DNA of 64,000 nucleotides from an uncultured Enterobacteriaceae bacterium. GTDB taxonomy: Bacteria > Pseudomonadota > Gammaproteobacteria > Eutrophobiales > Eutrophobiaceae. This document shows, in pieces, positions 59,093 to 64,000 of this stretch (its first letter is position 1; each line of letters opens with the position of its first letter). The notes under the pieces are model-generated. The model saw only the letters and a list, made by a program, of their open reading frames with translations. It was not told the origin of the DNA and ran no database searches. The stretch is from positions 9,321-73,320 of the forward strand of contig CAYZJI010000012.1 in the NCBI GenBank assembly GCA_964479045.1, written 5' to 3'. The translations under genes and the position numbers were made by a program.

Positions 59093-60307
59093 TTACCGGT
59101 TTTCCACGACGTCCCTGATGGCCTGCAGTTTTTGCAGGTGCACAGCTTCAGCCATTTTTTTTCCTTCATAGCCCTGTGCCACGAGAAGCTGGATATCAAT
59201 TTTCTGTGTCGCTGCCAGGGCACTGCGGAAATACCCGGCCTGGGGATAGTCCCGATCCTCAAATCCGCTGCGACCGCGCGCATCCGCTTCGCAAGCCAGC
59301 AGAAATTGTTCAAACCGTTCCGGTCGTCGGAACGCATCCAGCTCTTCAAGTTTTTTCAAAAGGGTTTCGGGACGCAGTTCCTGTACACGGTGACAATCCA
59401 GATGATAGCGTGCCGTAATGATCGCAAGTTCCCGATAGGCAGTGGGAATGCGATAGCGTTGGCAGAGCGATTCCACAAGTTTTACTCCGCGTGCTTCATG
59501 GCCATGATGTTTGGGCCATTCATTTCGGGGTGTGGTGCCTTTACCCAGATCGTGCAACAGTGCTGCAAACCGGATCTGTGGATCATTACTGAGGCGCGCC
59601 GCCTGGTTCAGAACCATCAGGGTATGCAGACCGGTATCGATCTCTGGATGATGTTCTGCTGGCTGGGGTACACCAAACAGGCGTTCAAGTTCCGGAAAAA
59701 TAACGCCGAGGGCATCACACGCGCGCAAAGCCAGTATGAAACGGCCCGGATATTTTTCACCGAGGGCCCGTTCAGTTTCAGCCCAGACCCGTTCAGGAAC
59801 CAGAGTATCAAGTTCGCCGGAGGCGGTAATTCCCCGCATGAGTTTAAGGGTTTCATCGGCAATCCTGAAACCAAAACGTGACGCAAAGCGGGCCACGCGG
59901 ATCACACGCAACGGATCTTCAGAGAACGCAGTAGAGACATGACGCAGGATGCCCTGTTCCAGATCATGTATGCCGTTAAAGGGATCGACAATATGGCCGT
60001 GTTCGTCTTCTGCAATGGCGTTGATGGTCAGATCACGCCGCCGCAGATCCTCTTCCAGCGTAATCTCTGGTGATGTATAAAATGTAAAGCCTTTGTAGCC
60101 TTTGCCGGACTTTCGTTCCGTGCGCGCGAGCGCATACTCCTCATGCGTTTCCGGATGCAAAAAGACCGGGAAATCCCTGCCGACGGGTTTGTAGCCCAAT
60201 GCGATCATTTGTTCCGGTGCGGCGCCGATAACAACCCAGTCACGGTCGATAACCGGACGTTTCATTAATTTATCGCGGACCGCGCCGCCCACCAGATAGA
60301 ATTTCAT
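59093..60307 (-). CDS. cca: Multifunctional CCA-adding enzyme (with HD domain)
   Basis: GGAVRD..DRDWVV, RRDLTINA, EDPLRV, HHPEID and LLHDLGKG. Confidence 0.97.
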   Translation of the reverse strand: MKFYLVGGAVRDKLMKRPVIDRDWVVIGAAPEQMIALGYKPVGRDFPVFLHPETHEEYALARTERKSGKGYKGFTFYTSPEITLEEDLRRRDLTINAIAEDEHGHIVDPFNGIHDLEQGILRHVSTAFSEDPLRVIRVARFASRFGFRIADETLKLMRGITASGELDTLVPERVWAETERALGEKYPGRFILALRACDALGVIFPELERLFGVPQPAEHHPEIDTGLHTLMVLNQAARLSNDPQIRFAALLHDLGKGTTPRNEWPKHHGHEARGVKLVESLCQRYRIPTAYRELAIITARYHLDCHRVQELRPETLLKKLEELDAFRRPERFEQFLLACEADARGRSGFEDRDYPQAGYFRSALAATQKIDIQLLVAQGYEGKKMAEAVHLQKLQAIRDVVENR

Positions 60308-60358
60308 GCGTCAGTAAGTTGTTTCATGCCCTGTATCACCATCTCCGGGCATGCAAGG

Positions 60359-61330
60359 TCAGGCAGAATGATGTCGATGAGTATAGCTGCGAAACTGGTA
60401 ATAACGGGCCCGTTGAGATCGGTGCGCGAGGTATTGTGGTACCACCGCTTCAATTGCAGCCGGTATGATGCCGAGATCTGAAAGGCCGTTATGTTCTGAA
60501 ATACTATCGCGTTTTGCAGAGAGATAATTATCGGTTGAAAAAGGTTTGCCCGGAACAAAATCAAACACTGCGGCCTGGATTCTGGAGAGAATATCATTCA
60601 ACGGAATAATGATGCGTTTGGTGCCGGCGCATGCCGCTGTATATTCCACCAGTTGTTGCAGGGTGTAGCTTTTCGGGCCACAGAGGTCGTAACGGCGCCC
60701 ATAGCTTTCGGGATCATGCAGACATTTTGTGAAAGCCTCAGCGACATCACCTACATGCACCGGAGCAAAACGTGATTTTGCGCAGGCCAGCGGGAAAAAC
60801 AGCGGGGTCAATTTCAGTAATTTCGCGAAGCGATTGAAGAAACTGTCCTCCCGGCCAAAGATCACGGAAGGCCGGAAACTGGTCACTTTCAGATCAGGTA
60901 CGGCATGCACAAGGTTTTCAGCTTCACCCTTGGTTTTCAGGTAATGACTGAGGCCATTGACTGCATCCGCATTCAGTGCGCTCATATGCAGCAGGCGGGT
61001 AATGTGATTCTCCCGGCAGGCCTCAATCACCTTCCGGGTGAGTTCGACATGGGCATGACGAAAACCGGCACCCTTTCTGCCGCGTTCATTCAGGATACCA
61101 ACAAGATTAATCACTGCATCACATCCGGCAAACTGTCGCTTCAGTTGCTGTACATCGTGCACATCGGCTTCCACCAGGTCCAGTCCAGGCAGCAGGATCA
61201 GGTTGTCCTTGTGCTGCTCACGATTGTGGGTCAACACACGCAAACGCAAACCATCCTGTGCCAGCCGGTTGGCCAGTGTCCGGCCCACAAAACCGGTGCC
61301 GCCGAGTATGCAGATTCTTCTGATTAACAT
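60359..61330 (-). CDS. NDUFA9-like NAD(P)-binding epimerase/dehydratase
   Basis: GGTGFVG, VINLVGIL, YLKTKGEAE and RPSVIFG. Confidence 0.88.
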   Translation of the reverse strand: MLIRRICILGGTGFVGRTLANRLAQDGLRLRVLTHNREQHKDNLILLPGLDLVEADVHDVQQLKRQFAGCDAVINLVGILNERGRKGAGFRHAHVELTRKVIEACRENHITRLLHMSALNADAVNGLSHYLKTKGEAENLVHAVPDLKVTSFRPSVIFGREDSFFNRFAKLLKLTPLFFPLACAKSRFAPVHVGDVAEAFTKCLHDPESYGRRYDLCGPKSYTLQQLVEYTAACAGTKRIIIPLNDILSRIQAAVFDFVPGKPFSTDNYLSAKRDSISEHNGLSDLGIIPAAIEAVVPQYLAHRSQRARYYQFRSYTHRHHSA

Positions 61331-61333
61331 GAG

Positions 61334-63310
61334 TTAATTGTAGGAAACGGTCTGCCCGCCGCAACTCAGTCCTGCAATCGTGGCATCCGCAGGTGCAGTT
61401 ACAGTAGCCATGCGTTGTTGCAGCGGCATGACCTCACGCCGCAGTCGCCAGTCATAGATGCTTGCGAAAAACATCACACGCCGGACGTAGGTGCGGGTTT
61501 CATCAAAGGGAATCTTTTCGACCCATACATCCGGTTCCGCACAGCCATTGCGTGGCAGCCACGACTTCACACGTCCCGGACCGGCGTTGTAGGCCGCGGT
61601 GGCGAGAATCATGTTGCCATCGAAACTGTCCAGCATCATCTTGAGATAAGCGCTGCCGATAGGGACATTTTTTTCGGCTTCCAGCAGGTGCGCCACCTGG
61701 AAATTTTTCAAGCCCATGCGTTTTGCAGTTTCCTTGCCGGTCTGTGGCATGACCTGCATAAGTCCCAGCGCACCGGCCGGTGATTTGGCGTCTTCAATGA
61801 AAGCGCTTTCAGAGCGTACCAGAGCATAGACCCAGCCCGGATCGAGGTTCTTGCGGCTGGCATTGTCACTGATGAGATTTTCATAGGGCAGCGGGAAACG
61901 CACTTCCAGATCATCATAGGAATGCGCAGAACCGAGGCTGACGATTGCCACGTCGTGCCAGTTCCAGTCTGCAGCCAGACGCGCAGCAATTTCCTTCTGG
62001 AAGCTGGTCATTTGCATCAGGGCATGGTTCCATTCTTTTCGTGCCTGTTGCCGTTCACCGATGACACGCAGTTCATTGGCACGCTGGATGCCGGGCATGC
62101 TGCGGATTTTGGCTTTTTCATCCGGCAAATCGGGCAGCGGTTTGTGTTCCATGCTGTAACCAATACCCAGCTGATCCGCAGCGAGAAAACCGTAATAGTC
62201 ACGTTTATTGGCGATAGAGGTATAAATGCGAGCAGCTTTATCAGGGTCCCCAGTCTGTTCCAGTGCGCGCGCGTGCCAGTAGAACCAGCGATACTTCAGG
62301 TCTTCATGCGCTGGCACCCCCTCAGTCCATTTTCTTAACTTTTCCCAGTCAAGATTGTCCAGCGCAGTGATCAGGCGCCAGTGAAACAGTTCATCATTAA
62401 TATGAAAGGGTTCAACGCGGTCCAATAATTCTTCGGCACGCGGATGCCCGGTTTTGGCGGCTTTAATGGCGAGCAGGCGATCGATTTCGCCGCGTTCCCC
62501 CGGTGTAAACTGATAATTTGTTTGCAGGCCGTCCCAGCGTTCAATCGCTTTGTTGAGATTCTGGGTGGCCAGACGCTGCACGCCATGTCTGAGAATCTGG
62601 CGGGCAATTTCGGTATCTTCAAAATGAGGATCCCGCGTCGAGCTGTCCGGGTTGTTATGCACAGCGATCCATTTATCAGCCCATTCACGATAATAACCAT
62701 CCAGCTGCTTGCTTAAGTGCGAGGCAAGTCCAGTATTGTTTTTGCCCATCGCGAGCTCCAGCCGTTGCCAGATCAGTTCATTGGTCATCAGTTCACTCTG
62801 GGCAAGAATCTTGAACGGCGCATCGCAGTCAGGCGGCAGAGAAGAGCCTGAGAGCCAGACGGAACGGATGTCTTCGAGCAGCAGCGTACGATTGCCGGTA
62901 TTGATGCGCGCAATCAGCTGATTGCATTGCAGGACAGTATCATCCTGTGGTACGTAATTATCAAAATATGCTTCCCACTGATTGGTACGGGCCAAATGTT
63001 TCAACCAACCGGTACGTAATTCATTGGCCAGTGGAAAATCATTGTAGTCTTTGAGAAATTCTATAACTTCTGCATTATCTGCCGTCTTGATTCGAGGCTG
63101 CAGGTAGTTGTAGATCAGATAGGGATATAAAGGATAGCCCCGTACCTCTTCGCTTAAAACGGTAAACGCTTTCAGATCCCCCTTGCGCAGGGCTTTTTTT
63201 GCATCCTGATATTGTTCGCGTTGCAGTTCCAGTGAATCGGCATAAACAGCACCCGAAAACTGAAAAAGAAAAAAGGCTGATAAAAACGCCGGTCGGAAGC
63301 AGCGTTTCAC
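61334..63310 (-). CDS. slt: Soluble lytic murein transglycosylase Slt70-like
   Basis: YPLYPYL N-terminus; RSESAF, GLMQVMP, AYNAGPG and ETRTYV catalytic motifs. Confidence 0.95.
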   Translation of the reverse strand: MKRCFRPAFLSAFFLFQFSGAVYADSLELQREQYQDAKKALRKGDLKAFTVLSEEVRGYPLYPYLIYNYLQPRIKTADNAEVIEFLKDYNDFPLANELRTGWLKHLARTNQWEAYFDNYVPQDDTVLQCNQLIARINTGNRTLLLEDIRSVWLSGSSLPPDCDAPFKILAQSELMTNELIWQRLELAMGKNNTGLASHLSKQLDGYYREWADKWIAVHNNPDSSTRDPHFEDTEIARQILRHGVQRLATQNLNKAIERWDGLQTNYQFTPGERGEIDRLLAIKAAKTGHPRAEELLDRVEPFHINDELFHWRLITALDNLDWEKLRKWTEGVPAHEDLKYRWFYWHARALEQTGDPDKAARIYTSIANKRDYYGFLAADQLGIGYSMEHKPLPDLPDEKAKIRSMPGIQRANELRVIGERQQARKEWNHALMQMTSFQKEIAARLAADWNWHDVAIVSLGSAHSYDDLEVRFPLPYENLISDNASRKNLDPGWVYALVRSESAFIEDAKSPAGALGLMQVMPQTGKETAKRMGLKNFQVAHLLEAEKNVPIGSAYLKMMLDSFDGNMILATAAYNAGPGRVKSWLPRNGCAEPDVWVEKIPFDETRTYVRRVMFFASIYDWRLRREVMPLQQRMATVTAPADATIAGLSCGGQTVSYN

Positions 63311-63465
63311 GCAGACTGCAGATACTGACGAAATGAAACGGTAGATAGCCGTTACGGCCGGGCCGCCTCCTGTGGAAATGTTTATTGTATGATGACCCTG
63401 ATAACTGTCCGGGTCATAAAGTGGTTATACTCATCAAAACATCACTTTAGCAAAATGTCCCGGTC

Positions 63466-64000
63466 ATGATAAGTATATCTGCTCCTGTCCTGCTTACCTA
63501 TCTCTTGCTGGGAGCGATAGCTGGCGTGATAGGCGGATTATTGGGTCTGGGCGGGGGAATAGTGATAGTGCCCGCCCTCCTGTTTCTGTTTATCTATCAG
63601 GGAGTGACCGCCGATATACTCATGCAGACAGCTGTTGCCACTTCACTGGCTACCATCGTCATCACTTCGGTTTCAGCCACCTGGGCCCATCACCGCCATC
63701 GTGCGGTGTTATGGCCGGTGGTGATGGCGATGGGGCCCGGGATTATTCTGGGCGCTGTGCTTGGCGCACTCAGTGCACACCTGTTACAGAGCAATACCCT
63801 GCGGGTCATTTTCGGTATTTTTGAGATATTGGTGGCCATCCAGATCGGCAGCGGCCTCAAACCGGCTGGACAGCGGGTTTTACCCGGCAGGGCAGGAATG
63901 GGCATGAGTGGTCTTGCGATAGGTACGGTTTCAAGCCTGCTCGGAATCGGCGGCGGTACACTGACTGTGCCATTCCTGTTGTGGTGTAACGTGCATCTGC
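63466..64000 (+). CDS. TauE/SafE sulfite-exporter family protein (truncated by window edge)
   Basis: Not in the ORF track. Manual translation MISISAPVLLTYLLLGAIAGVIGGLLGLGGGIVIVP..AVATSLATI..GIGGGTLTVP. Confidence 0.88.
   Translation, partial: MISISAPVLLTYLLLGAIAGVIGGLLGLGGGIVIVPALLFLFIYQGVTADILMQTAVATSLATIVITSVSATWAHHRHRAVLWPVVMAMGPGIILGAVLGALSAHLLQSNTLRVIFGIFEILVAIQIGSGLKPAGQRVLPGRAGMGMSGLAIGTVSSLLGIGGGTLTVPFLLWCNVHL

Noticed and set aside
58988-59881. 297-aa + strand ORF
   Set aside because: Lies almost entirely antisense to cca; no recognisable domain.

Overview
A 64-kb chromosomal window from a Gammaproteobacterium; core genes are about 55% GC by hand count of sample lines. Core content: crp/yhfA, rpsU-yqeY-dnaG-rpoD, tsaD, plsY, folB/folK/folM, uppP, cca and slt. 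Accessory content: (1) a peptidase / inactive transglutaminase / ATP-grasp ligase trio; (2) a low-GC islet at the 3' end of tRNA-Met with a divergent BLUF gene and stand-alone EAL gene between two IS remnants; (3) a Zur-controlled zinc uptake locus; (4) a ~20-kb metal-resistance cluster (cusCBA, convergent czcCB-CDF-czcA, MerR-family regulator, copA plus accessory genes). Two signals stand out. First, the tRNA-Ile2(CAT) gene after rpoD is split by a 234-nt ORF-less group I intron, and a free-standing low-GC HNH endonuclease gene sits 100 bp away, suggesting a chromosomal intron/endonuclease collaborative homing unit. Second, each of three metal-transport operons starts with a small His/Cys-rich leader ORF (one with CxxC + RAPP) followed by RNA hairpins, suggesting translation-coupled metal sensing. 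No CRISPR array, rRNA or intact integrase/transposase was found. All family assignments come from motif recognition, not database searches.
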